Virus record (IMG/VR): IMGVR_UViG_3300033121_000147
Coordinates: 5,693-69,692 of that record
Length of the DNA: 64,000 nucleotides
Reading direction: 5' to 3' (one strand)
DNA from: a virus
Lineage: Duplodnaviria; Caudoviricetes
The position numbers and the translations under genes were made by a program. Below, piece by piece: positions 29,732 through 38,496 of this stretch. The notes beneath the pieces are model-generated. The model was not told the origin of the DNA. It searched no databases and saw only the letters and a program-made list of their open reading frames with translations. Within the stretch, counting starts at the first letter, position 1; each line of letters opens with the position of its first letter.

Positions 29732-30415
29732 CTACAGTTCTCCCATGGCTCTCTTGAGCTTCTGGGCAACAGGGTCATCGACTCTAGCTGTGCCGGACTT
29801 AGTTCCTCTCTCTCTTACCTTACGAACTTCTGGATCGTTCCAAGCGTCTAGATCGTCATCATACGGAAGACTACTGCGCTCCTCTGCCATCTGTACGGTC
29901 TCCTCGTCTAACATGGCGATGTTGATGCTCATGTTAGGATCGTGGATGGCCTTACGAATCATGAGAATCTGCTCAGCCATAGCAGAGATCTTGGCGATCT
30001 CCTGGTACGTCATGTTGTCAAGCTCCTCAACCTCGTACCCTAGCTCTGGCTTGGCAACGAGGATGACGCACTTCATTACTTCTTGTGCTCGGAGTGCCTT
30101 CTCCTTCTCCTCGTCATAGATGCGCTGGGCACTGACGGGGTTCAGGAAGTGGGACTTCTCCAGGATGTTCTCCGCCAACGCCGTAATGTGGCCTGGCCGC
30201 GCTCCTTCAACTACGTCAAAGTTGATAGGCCAAACCACAGCAGCCCTGACGATGACCTCTTCAGCCTCCGCTGACGACCACTCAACGTGATCAGCGAAAT
30301 CAGAGATTTCCTTCAGGGTAAGAGGACGAAATACAACCTCTCTACTGTCCAAGTACGCCACGTAGATCTTGGAGTACTTGGACTTCAGTTCATCGATGAC
30401 CACTTTGGGAGGCAT
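29732..30415 (-). CDS. Tail assembly chaperone-like protein 2
   Basis: VVFRPLTLKE...AAVVWP...LAENILEKSHF; directly before the TMP. Confidence 0.7.
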   Translation of the reverse strand: MPPKVVIDELKSKYSKIYVAYLDSREVVFRPLTLKEISDFADHVEWSSAEAEEVIVRAAVVWPINFDVVEGARPGHITALAENILEKSHFLNPVSAQRIYDEEKEKALRAQEVMKCVILVAKPELGYEVEELDNMTYQEIAKISAMAEQILMIRKAIHDPNMSINIAMLDEETVQMAEERSSLPYDDDLDAWNDPEVRKVRERGTKSGTARVDDPVAQKLKRAMGEL

Positions 30416-30421
30416 ACAGAC

Positions 30422-30958
30422 CTACAGTTCGCGGACCTCAAGGGCTACGAAGCCTGAGGCTTCCATAACGCTCTGGGCAATGACGGATGGGATACCTGCT
30501 AGGCCTTCACGCTTCTGCTTGGCGTCATAAGGAGGGAACAGAATACACAACTCAGCGATGCGCTCCTCGTTCATGAGATTCGCTTCGGACTGTGAATAGC
30601 CCTCTTCTGCCATACGCTCTACGCGACGTACATGCTCACGGTACTCATCGCGATCCATGGGACGCCACATGACATGGTCTTCCATCGTGAACGACGTGAG
30701 ATACAGGCGATGCTTAGACTTCCACTCTAGGGCTTCCTTAACGAGTGGACCACCCTCCCACAGAGGCATGTCGGGATCAAGGTCTTCAAGCTCTAGGCTT
30801 ACTTCCTCCTGCTCCTCTGCCTCTAACAGTTCTTCTTTTTCTTCTTCTTGCTCAACTGGCTGCTCCACATACTCAGGGGCGAGATCCTCTACACTCTCTG
30901 GGACTGAGGCTTCATCTACCATTGTGACTTTCTTTGTAACCTTCTTTGCTGCTGGCAC
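30422..30958 (-). CDS. Tail assembly chaperone-like protein 1
   Basis: VMWRPMDRDEY...CILFP...IAQSVMEASGF, similar to the neighbour. Start moved to GTG 30958 (AAGGAG RBS), which removes the overlap with the upstream gene. Confidence 0.7.
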   Translation of the reverse strand: MPAAKKVTKKVTMVDEASVPESVEDLAPEYVEQPVEQEEEKEELLEAEEQEEVSLELEDLDPDMPLWEGGPLVKEALEWKSKHRLYLTSFTMEDHVMWRPMDRDEYREHVRRVERMAEEGYSQSEANLMNEERIAELCILFPPYDAKQKREGLAGIPSVIAQSVMEASGFVALEVREL

Positions 30959-30962
30959 TACA

Positions 30963-31838
30963 TTAGCTCCTTGGATATACGAGGTCTCTAGCGATAAAGC
31001 TGTAGGTCTCCAAGCATGGTGACCCATCTGGGGTGAACTGAATTTGGCACCCTAATAGTTCTACGTTCTCAACTAGGATTCTCATTGAGTGTGACGTGGC
31101 GTCGGCCTCCACCAGTCGCTCGTTGTCGTTAGTGTACATGGCCGTGTCATTACGGTATTGCTCGATTAGATGGTCTTGCCTAGCGACAGCGTTCTTGGTG
31201 ATACTAGGAGACTGAATACCATAGTTTACCACGAAGTTGAACGGAGGGTGTACGCTCCACATGTTCTTCGTAGTGTCTAGGCCATTCGTATCTTCTAGAT
31301 TGCGCTGCCAGTACTGCTGGATATTCGTCTCGTCCTTATCGAGTCCACGGATGTGGTAGGTGGACTTCTGGTTCTGACGAGTCTCAGCCGCTAGTGATAG
31401 CAGGTCTGTCATCAAGTTCGGGTAGCGAGTAACCACCGAGAAGGATCCCGCTACGATGCGGGTACCTCTCATGATCGCATCCCAATTGTAGCTCCAGAAA
31501 CCATAGAGAGGCTTCTTCTGCTGCTGAACATTGAACCCGAACTCTTGGAGGGGCAACTCCATACCAGGTTCATCAGCGCCGTCAATGAACACCTTGATGT
31601 CCTGACCGGTGAAGTAGTAGTCGTAGTAACTAATGGGTGGACGCTGTGCTCCGCCTGCGCCCCACACATAGTCGATCTGGGGGTCATTGACTGGAATGGC
31701 GTCAGAGATCCAGGGGAGCTGCTTACGAAGGCGCTCAGCTAGGATTGCGTTACTGACTGTTAGGGGAACCCTATCTACACCGTTGCCTGAGATAGGTCCT
31801 CTGAATCGGTTGTTCTCAACGTTGAAGTTCTCAGCCAT
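30963..31838 (-). CDS. Tail tube-like paralog 3
   Basis: YFTGQDI, PLYGF...RGTRIVAGSF, ETYSFIARD match the two upstream paralogs. Confidence 0.7.
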   Translation of the reverse strand: MAENFNVENNRFRGPISGNGVDRVPLTVSNAILAERLRKQLPWISDAIPVNDPQIDYVWGAGGAQRPPISYYDYYFTGQDIKVFIDGADEPGMELPLQEFGFNVQQQKKPLYGFWSYNWDAIMRGTRIVAGSFSVVTRYPNLMTDLLSLAAETRQNQKSTYHIRGLDKDETNIQQYWQRNLEDTNGLDTTKNMWSVHPPFNFVVNYGIQSPSITKNAVARQDHLIEQYRNDTAMYTNDNERLVEADATSHSMRILVENVELLGCQIQFTPDGSPCLETYSFIARDLVYPRS

Positions 31839-31843
31839 GTACC

Positions 31844-32470
31844 TTAAGCCCTGAAGGAGATGATGTTGACATCAGCGGCGGCGTCTACACTGAAGTAGGT
31901 TGTGTCAGTAGGCTTGTCTACACCAGAGGGAATGTAGCTCGTTAGTGGTTGGATACCACGGGCCATATATGTGAAGGTCTGCTCTACCATAAGGTCATCC
32001 ACTGACATGGTAGCACCTTCGTCAACGATGCTCACACCATAGATCTTGAGCCTTGAGAATGAGCCTGTCTCGTTAGAGAAGGAGAGGATAACATCGAATG
32101 GGGGCAGCATGTCAGCCAAACCGTACAGCGACTGCTGCATCAACTGGCGATACTGCTTAAGGCGATAGAAGGTGTATTGGTTGAACTGAGTGAAGATCAG
32201 ACTCCCCGCAATCGTACGGGGACCCTTAACAAAACCACGAGGGTTCACGTTACCGAGCGTACGTACTGGTGTGTTCTCGCGGTGGATTGAGTAAGAGATG
32301 GTTTGAAGCTCGCCAAGAACTAGTGGCTCCTCTTCGAAAGGCACTAGTATGGTCGCCACAATGTCTGTACCTGAGTACGTATCGTAGGTGACGTTGCTAT
32401 CCGTGTATGGATAGTTCTGTTGGTAGATGGCGTTGGTGGCCGCTGACTGGTTAGTGAGACCGAAGTCCAT
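31844..32470 (-). CDS. Tail tube-like paralog 2
   Basis: TYSGTDI, SYSIHRENTPVRTLG..RGFVKGPRTIAGSLIF, LPPFD, EQTFTYMARGI. Confidence 0.75.
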   Translation of the reverse strand: MDFGLTNQSAATNAIYQQNYPYTDSNVTYDTYSGTDIVATILVPFEEEPLVLGELQTISYSIHRENTPVRTLGNVNPRGFVKGPRTIAGSLIFTQFNQYTFYRLKQYRQLMQQSLYGLADMLPPFDVILSFSNETGSFSRLKIYGVSIVDEGATMSVDDLMVEQTFTYMARGIQPLTSYIPSGVDKPTDTTYFSVDAAADVNIISFRA

Positions 32471-32498
32471 GTAAGAGTCCTCTTGTCGAACGTACTTG

Positions 32499-32509
32499 AT
32501 CTAGTAACG
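32499..32509 (-). promoter_or_regulatory. Candidate late-promoter motif CGTTACTAGAT
   Basis: One of the recurring intergenic TTACTA-like copies; ~29 nt upstream of the ATG at 32470. Confidence 0.45.
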
Positions 32510-32514
32510 AGAAA

Positions 32515-32537
32515 AGCGGAGACATCAAGTCTCCGCT
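32515..32537 (-). terminator. Intrinsic terminator after the major tail tube gene
   Basis: Perfect 9-bp stem AGCGGAGAC-TTGAT-GTCTCCGCT followed by TTT on the minus strand. Confidence 0.8.
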
Positions 32538-32572
32538 CCCTCAAGGTGATACACTCCTGGCAACCGCTAAGC

Positions 32573-33232
32573 TTAGATACGGATAACCGTTGGGTCTAGA
32601 GCGTTAGTTGGGTTGGTGAAGTCAGCTGGAGTTCTGGGCTGACCAGTTGCGTACATGGGACCAATCTCGCGAGCTACATACGTCATTGTCTCCTCAATGA
32701 CGATGTCATCCATCGAAGCTCCAGAACCTTCGTTTAGAAGCTCTACACCATAGATTCTACGGACGGCGGCCTGACCGTACTCGTTGGCGAAAGTGATGGT
32801 GATATCGAATGGCGGGATCTGATCCGCGTAGTATGGGAAAGCGGCTTCGACGCTAAGTGACTGCTCCGCTGCAGGGGTAATGCCTCGGTGAGTAACCTGG
32901 CCTTCGCCTGTGCCGGGGAGGATGTTCGAAGTACGAGTGAAGTACTTGGCACTGTTATCGCCCTTATGGTCAAGCAGCATCTTGTACAGTGACGGCTGAT
33001 CGAAGACCGTGAAGATCATTGACCCAGCAATACCGCGCTTACCACGAGAGAATGAGCGTGGGTTAGGTGAACCCATGGTATAGATCGGGGCCTTCTCACG
33101 AGTGATCGACCAAGTAATGCCTGACAGAGTACCGATGATTGTTGAGCCGAACGTGCAAACGATATCTGCGCCAGAGAATGTGGTGTAGGTATCTGTAAAC
33201 GAACTGAGCCCAGTTGAGCTAGGTGCAGCCAT
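32573..33232 (-). CDS. Major tail tube protein (paralog 1)
   Basis: TFSGADI, TWSITREKAPIYTMG..RSFSRGKRGIAGSMIF, IPPFD; follows the sheath; AAGGAG RBS. Confidence 0.8.
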   Translation of the reverse strand: MAAPSSTGLSSFTDTYTTFSGADIVCTFGSTIIGTLSGITWSITREKAPIYTMGSPNPRSFSRGKRGIAGSMIFTVFDQPSLYKMLLDHKGDNSAKYFTRTSNILPGTGEGQVTHRGITPAAEQSLSVEAAFPYYADQIPPFDITITFANEYGQAAVRRIYGVELLNEGSGASMDDIVIEETMTYVAREIGPMYATGQPRTPADFTNPTNALDPTVIRI

Positions 33233-33289
33233 GATTAGTTGTCTCCTTGTTTCGTGCCGCTTTTACGACACATCTGTGGGTATTGCTTG

Positions 33290-34564
33290 TTAGATCTGGA
33301 TTGTAACGCTGATCTCGATTGTACGCAGCTCGAATGCTGGACGTAGGGAGAGATCGATGATAGCTCTGTTGTTCTCTGCGTCCCAAGTGATTGCGAAGTC
33401 TGACGACAGAAGCGCGCCAGCCTGCTGCATACCAATCAGGCCACGACTCACTGCGGTCTCCAGGGCGTTACGAGTCTCCATCGTGCTAGCTTCACCAACG
33501 AATGGCTGAGTTAGCTGACGAATTGTCTGTACCGCATCGAACACGATACGCACGGTCGTAAGACGCGTGTACTGTGAAGTCTCATCAGCGTAAGTCTGAG
33601 CGTCTACCCACGTTGGGACGCGGCTATAGTTCAGAGTTACTGGCACTAGACCGAGGTCGATAATCGACTGCTGCTGAGTACGGGTTGGGTTGTAACGAAT
33701 CTGACGTACGTTAGGAATGATCTTCCCCGTGGGGGCTGACCATGAGTTACTCTGGACTAGCCAACCTGCATACAGGGCAGCGCCGTTAGAGTAACCGAAG
33801 TCATCATCAATGTCGTAGCTGGTAGGCGTTAGCTCCGCAGCGACGATGTTGACGTACATACCTACGTTGATGATTCCGCTATCGTCCCGAGCCACCAGAT
33901 TAGAGAACCCAAGGTGAGTTGCTACCTGTGCTGGTGTCATTCCGCCTGTAGTTCCTGCTGCTCCGATGTAGGGCTTAACGCCCATGACTGCGAAGAGAGG
34001 GTTCGATGTTGCGACGATATTGGCTACCTTGTTAGCGACCTGGGCTGCCCAGCTACGAGCTACAGTTGAACTGTTATTGGCATGGAAGCCAAACTCAGCG
34101 TCATCGCCAGGAGTAGCAGGTGACTGCCATTCGGTAGGACCACTGCCTCGACCCCATGGTACTACGATGTCAGCTTGAGAGGCTTCAACGGCCGTCCAAG
34201 CGTCATCCCATAGGTCACCAGCCGTATAGCTTGATGCGGAGATCGTTCCTAGAGTGTGGTTAAACACGGTATCGCTAGGAAGCGCGATCAGGTAGATGCG
34301 CTGGGCGCCACCTGACAGAGCCTCTAGGAATCCACGATGCAGATCCGAACCTTCACCGAAGGCATTAACTACCTTGGTCTCGTTCGTAGCTACGTATACA
34401 TCAAGACTGGCCACATTGACAGAGTTGATATCCGTACCATCAGCCGTGTCGTTGGCAGTGGTGCGACGTCCCAGGATAGCCAGCTTTGGCCCGTCGGGGA
34501 TGTTTGTTCTAGCCAGGTTTGAGAACTTATCGATAATGGTTGTATGAACGCCTGGGAGTGACAA
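33290..34564 (-). CDS. Tail sheath protein
   Basis: MSLPGV, AFGEGSDLHRGFLEALSGGA, LTTVRIV, sheath-type C-terminus IDLSLRPAFELRTIEISV; TTG start with GGAGGT RBS. Confidence 0.9.
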   Translation of the reverse strand: MSLPGVHTTIIDKFSNLARTNIPDGPKLAILGRRTTANDTADGTDINSVNVASLDVYVATNETKVVNAFGEGSDLHRGFLEALSGGAQRIYLIALPSDTVFNHTLGTISASSYTAGDLWDDAWTAVEASQADIVVPWGRGSGPTEWQSPATPGDDAEFGFHANNSSTVARSWAAQVANKVANIVATSNPLFAVMGVKPYIGAAGTTGGMTPAQVATHLGFSNLVARDDSGIINVGMYVNIVAAELTPTSYDIDDDFGYSNGAALYAGWLVQSNSWSAPTGKIIPNVRQIRYNPTRTQQQSIIDLGLVPVTLNYSRVPTWVDAQTYADETSQYTRLTTVRIVFDAVQTIRQLTQPFVGEASTMETRNALETAVSRGLIGMQQAGALLSSDFAITWDAENNRAIIDLSLRPAFELRTIEISVTIQI

Positions 34565-34610
34565 CTTAAACCTCCAAAATTAGGGCCTCTCAGCAAGATC
34601 AATAGTACCC

Positions 34611-34639
34611 CGAAAGTGGCTTCAGCTCACTTTGTTCGA
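34611..34639 (-). terminator. Imperfect hairpin upstream of the sheath gene, followed by a GGTACTATT motif (34600-34610)
   Basis: AAAGTGAGC-TGAA-GCCACTTT stem with one bulge, lying in the intergenic spacer. Confidence 0.45.
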
Positions 34640-34693
34640 GGGTCTATTTAACTAGTAGTTCCAGGCTGGAGGAAAGCCACTGGATTATATACC

Positions 34694-35578
34694 TTACACC
34701 AGCCCTGTAGGAGTTGCCGATTCGTCGATGATGTTGACGCTAGAAGTGACGACGAAATCATCCCACAAACCAAGGTACCCAGTGCCCACTCCAGGGTTGA
34801 TGATCTGGTCTTGTAGACCTGACAGATAGAAGTCATCACCATCTACAGTTGCGACAATATACACCCACCCGTTGTGGAGACCGTTCGGCAGCTGGGTCCC
34901 TGGAACGTTGCGGACGATTACTCGATCACCTTCAACCAAGGTGTGATCTGGGATGTTGAAGTGATCAGAAGTAGATGTAAAGACGGAACCTCTGTCCTCC
35001 AAGAATACACGTGCGTTGATAAGTACCGACTCTAACGTATCGACCGAGGTTTGAACCACCGTCTCTGTCACGAGCAGATAACATACCGTTCGTACACATG
35101 TGTCCTCAGATTTGCGGCTCTCCTCGTTATCAGATAGTCGACGTGAGTAGAAGAAGTCTGACGCACCAAGCTCCTTGAAGATCGGCACGCATTCGATCAT
35201 AAACTCCTCGAAGTTCTCGATGATCTGATCAGCAAGTTCTGGCTCTGAACGAGTGACCACTGAGAACTGGACAATGTTGTCGTAGCGCTGGCCAGTGATG
35301 CGATACTTCTGGCCTGTGTCGTCCTCCACGAAGTCACGATGCTTGAACTTGGGCTCGTTCTTGAAGGTCTTACGTAGGCCCAAGCTATAGGCAATGCATG
35401 GGTAGATCGCGAATGCTTCTGACTGGTCTGGCACCATAGGGATGTCGGGGTTAGCTGAGGTCCACAGGTATTTCACTAGGCGTACGAAGTCTAGGTAGCT
35501 TAAGTTGCCATTGGCGCGCATAGGCTCTCGAACTGGCAGCGGGTTTCGTGGATCGTTATGGGGTAAGTTGAACTGCAT
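34694..35578 (-). CDS. Putative tail terminator/neck protein with small C-terminal beta domain
   Basis: Position before the sheath; GQRYDNIVQFSVVTRS...ADQIIENFEEFM; C-terminal HTLVEGDRVIV..LHNGWVYIV module. Confidence 0.55.
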   Translation of the reverse strand: MQFNLPHNDPRNPLPVREPMRANGNLSYLDFVRLVKYLWTSANPDIPMVPDQSEAFAIYPCIAYSLGLRKTFKNEPKFKHRDFVEDDTGQKYRITGQRYDNIVQFSVVTRSEPELADQIIENFEEFMIECVPIFKELGASDFFYSRRLSDNEESRKSEDTCVRTVCYLLVTETVVQTSVDTLESVLINARVFLEDRGSVFTSTSDHFNIPDHTLVEGDRVIVRNVPGTQLPNGLHNGWVYIVATVDGDDFYLSGLQDQIINPGVGTGYLGLWDDFVVTSSVNIIDESATPTGLV

Positions 35579-35579
35579 A

Positions 35580-37214
35580 CTAGACTCCGGGTCCGGCCAT
35601 CACTTGGAAGAAGATCTCTCTCACTCCGGCGTAAGGCCTTAATGTCACACTGACTACAACATCATTGAGATCAGTGGTGCTTCGATTAAAGTCGATCTTG
35701 TAGCTGCGCATGTAGTCTGCCGCAACTAGTCCATCGAGATAGTTCTGGCATTGACGCTGGAACTCCCCATACCCAATACCACCGATACTGCGGTTGCCAA
35801 TGGCTCGGAGTTCTTGCATCACCTTGACTACCAGCCGCATCTGGGGCAGAGCCCAGTAGTCTGAACCATCAGGGCTTAACAGATTGTCGGTAGCTAGTAC
35901 AGTCTCATAAGGTAGACCGCGCTTACCTCTACCAGTTCTAATGACTGGGTTGATGTGGCGGCGGGCCAGATCAATGACTTGCTGCTTCTTCAGGTCCTTG
36001 CCAATAGGAGCCAGGACGTTCGGGAGCTTGCGATATGTGAGTCCTCTGTCTAGCCTGGTAGAGGCCAACACTCCAGCGATAGTAGCTGCGAGCGGTGCTC
36101 GGTAAGCTCCGTTAGACTGAGGAACGTTCACCGTTCCTTCACCATAGCAGAGAATGCCAAACTTGCCGAACTGGTTAGTCGAATACTCTTCTGGTAGCTC
36201 CCCACCAATGAAGTACTGAGTAGCATCGAAATCGAAGCGACCATCTTCCAACATTGCTTCCACAGTAGCATCGCTGGGAAGTGGGACGAGACTACCGATG
36301 ATAGCGATACTGGGGGCCCCGCTCAACGCAAATCGATTAGCGCAGTTGATGATTTGGGGGTAAACGAAGTCTACATCACCAGCGTCGTAGAATGGAGCGT
36401 CAGGGATAACCATAAGCTCAATCAGATCCCATTCCTCTAGCATGACGAGGGTAGTCTCTAGCCTCTCCAAGTAACGCTCATAGAAGTTCTTGCCGCCCCA
36501 CTCAGCTCTAGGGAAGAATCTGTTCTCTGGATTGGCGAAGTCGTAGTCCACGTACTCAACGAGCGGCGCTGCGGCCACCAGCCATATATCTCTACCACCA
36601 GCGTTGTAGGCTTCGAGCAGCGCTCTCACTAGAGGAGTCCGAATATCGGCTCCCAAGTAGTTGATAGCCTCTTTCATATCTCGCACTTCGTAAGGAGAGT
36701 TCAACGGAACGCCAGGAGCATGGCCTACCAAGAAGATGCGGTCTGTAGTCCCCATGCCCATATTGCGATAGAGAGAACTCTCTCTCATGGTTCCGTAGAT
36801 GCGAGGTGGGTCCAAGATCTCACTAGGCACTACTTCTGGCTCTAGGACATGGAAGGTCTCATACTCAATTGACCTCTCACCAACAATCGTCGCGCTCCAC
36901 TTAGCCGAATATACGCCTGGTGTTAGGAAGTCATCAATCTGGACAATGAACCTATACTCACCCTCAGAAACCCGCTGGATCTGATCTTCTTGCTGAAAGT
37001 ACGGACCATAGACTGAACGCACTACACTTCTGACGATAGAGAGCCTCACGTCTGGTGGATCGTAGAGATTACCATCTTGGTCGTAGAAAGTGTGGGTCAG
37101 TAGAATGAATGAGCCGCCGATGATCGGAGCTCCAGGAGAATACGAAAGACTCGTCACTGGAGATGACGAGTATACCTCTTCGTATAGGATGGGAATTAGT
37201 AGGGGGACGATCAT
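35580..37214 (-). CDS. Second tail-sheath paralog with N-terminal Ig-like domain
   Basis: LVRALLEAYNAGGRDIWLV and VSVTLRPYAGVREIFFQV parallel the 424-aa sheath; the N-terminal beta-sandwich resembles that of 37601..38464. Confidence 0.8.
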   Translation of the reverse strand: MIVPLLIPILYEEVYSSSPVTSLSYSPGAPIIGGSFILLTHTFYDQDGNLYDPPDVRLSIVRSVVRSVYGPYFQQEDQIQRVSEGEYRFIVQIDDFLTPGVYSAKWSATIVGERSIEYETFHVLEPEVVPSEILDPPRIYGTMRESSLYRNMGMGTTDRIFLVGHAPGVPLNSPYEVRDMKEAINYLGADIRTPLVRALLEAYNAGGRDIWLVAAAPLVEYVDYDFANPENRFFPRAEWGGKNFYERYLERLETTLVMLEEWDLIELMVIPDAPFYDAGDVDFVYPQIINCANRFALSGAPSIAIIGSLVPLPSDATVEAMLEDGRFDFDATQYFIGGELPEEYSTNQFGKFGILCYGEGTVNVPQSNGAYRAPLAATIAGVLASTRLDRGLTYRKLPNVLAPIGKDLKKQQVIDLARRHINPVIRTGRGKRGLPYETVLATDNLLSPDGSDYWALPQMRLVVKVMQELRAIGNRSIGGIGYGEFQRQCQNYLDGLVAADYMRSYKIDFNRSTTDLNDVVVSVTLRPYAGVREIFFQVMAGPGV

Positions 37215-37217
37215 TCG

Positions 37218-37601
37218 TTACTTACCTGTTTCAGAAGAAGCTCCCACAACCCAAAACTCGATGCGACCATTTCTGAAGCGCTTAGGCTCTGCAGCATCGA
37301 TGATCCATGTCACCTGTTGGTGTGGTTGCGTCGGCACTTGCTCGTAGATGCGGTCTCCAGCGGTAGGGTTCACATCATGCTTGAAGTAAAAGACCCTATC
37401 AGAGTCATGAGTAATGCCTTCCATATCTTGCTGCTCAACTGTCGACATGCCCATACTGGGGACCACGCTGCGGACAGTATGCTTCTCAAGTCTATTGGAG
37501 TAGATGGGGTCGCCGCCAGAATAGGCGTTCGTACGACGCTGAAGGTATACGTTGTAACCCGTTCGCCTAAGGAGACCCTCGAAACTTCTGCGCAGATCCA
37601 C
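37218..37601 (-). CDS. Putative head-closure (stopper) protein
   Basis: 127 aa, beta-rich, RVFYFKHDVNPTAGDRIYE; typical neck position. Confidence 0.6.
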   Translation of the reverse strand: MDLRRSFEGLLRRTGYNVYLQRRTNAYSGGDPIYSNRLEKHTVRSVVPSMGMSTVEQQDMEGITHDSDRVFYFKHDVNPTAGDRIYEQVPTQPHQQVTWIIDAAEPKRFRNGRIEFWVVGASSETGK

Positions 37602-38464
37602 TAGAAGACTCTCCTAGCATCATCAGATGCCACATCATCTAGGTGGCCTTGACGAACTGGAGAGAGATAGGAGTATCCGTCCCCGCGACTGAAGTTACGT
37701 AGGTCACGATTCGGAATCGGACTGTCGTAACTACCACCATGCACTACAGCTCTAGCACCCGTGTTCTCATAGATCAGCTCTTTACGAAGAGCTGCTGCCA
37801 ACTCACACCATGTAGTGGCGTTGCTGCGATTGGCGCTGTTCTTCGGGAAGACTCTATTGACCACATCGAGGTCACCTAGTCGCACTGATTGCTCGTCGCC
37901 TGTAGCATAGTCGAAGGTGCGACTCAAAGCACAAGCTGCTGCGGCCTTCACATAGTCTAACATGAGATAGGTGGCTGAGGTGTTATCAAGATCGATACCA
38001 GTGATAGCGACTACCTCTAGAGAAGCGAAGTAGATCTGTTCGGCAATCTCGCTAGCGGGAGCGTCAGGAAATACGGAACTGAGCTCCTCTGGATCGATCA
38101 ACATAGGATCGAAAACACCAGCGAAGGGGATGATTTCATCAGCGTACAGCGCACCTTGAACAGAGGCCCCTGTAGCAAGAACGGTGAGATGTGACGTAAC
38201 CACATCGACGCTATTGTCCGCGAACGTGGCGGTGAAGTTGAAGGTGTATGAACCCGCAGTATCAGGAGTCCAGTCGTAGTAATAGACCCCCGCCGATTCT
38301 CTCAAAGGAGTACCCGTTAAGATCAAGCCGGGCGTTGCCGCATCATCGTAAATGCTGTACACAACACTTACTGGATCCTCAATGTCCTCAGGTTCCTGTG
38401 AGTCGTCCCACTCATAGAAGGTGACCTTCAATCTGATTGTCTCGTTCACATGTATGCTAGACAT
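37601..38464 (-). CDS. Putative head-tail adaptor with N-terminal Ig-like domain
   Basis: N-terminal TIRLKVTFY..RESAGVYYYDWTP; helical C-terminal half with SVRLGDLDV; GAGGAG RBS. Confidence 0.55.
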   Translation of the reverse strand: MSSIHVNETIRLKVTFYEWDDSQEPEDIEDPVSVVYSIYDDAATPGLILTGTPLRESAGVYYYDWTPDTAGSYTFNFTATFADNSVDVVTSHLTVLATGASVQGALYADEIIPFAGVFDPMLIDPEELSSVFPDAPASEIAEQIYFASLEVVAITGIDLDNTSATYLMLDYVKAAAACALSRTFDYATGDEQSVRLGDLDVVNRVFPKNSANRSNATTWCELAAALRKELIYENTGARAVVHGGSYDSPIPNRDLRNFSRGDGYSYLSPVRQGHLDDVASDDARRVF

Positions 38465-38485
38465 TCTGCTCCTCTTTAGTCACTC

Positions 38486-38496
38486 TTCTAGTAACC
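38486..38496 (-). promoter_or_regulatory. Candidate late-promoter motif GGTTACTAGAA
   Basis: TTACTA copy ~22 nt upstream of the ATG at 38464. Confidence 0.4.

Noticed and set aside
29732-30958. Programmed -1 frameshift between tail chaperones (lambda G/GT-like)
   Set aside because: Two complete similar genes, each with its own start; no clear slippery heptamer near the first stop.
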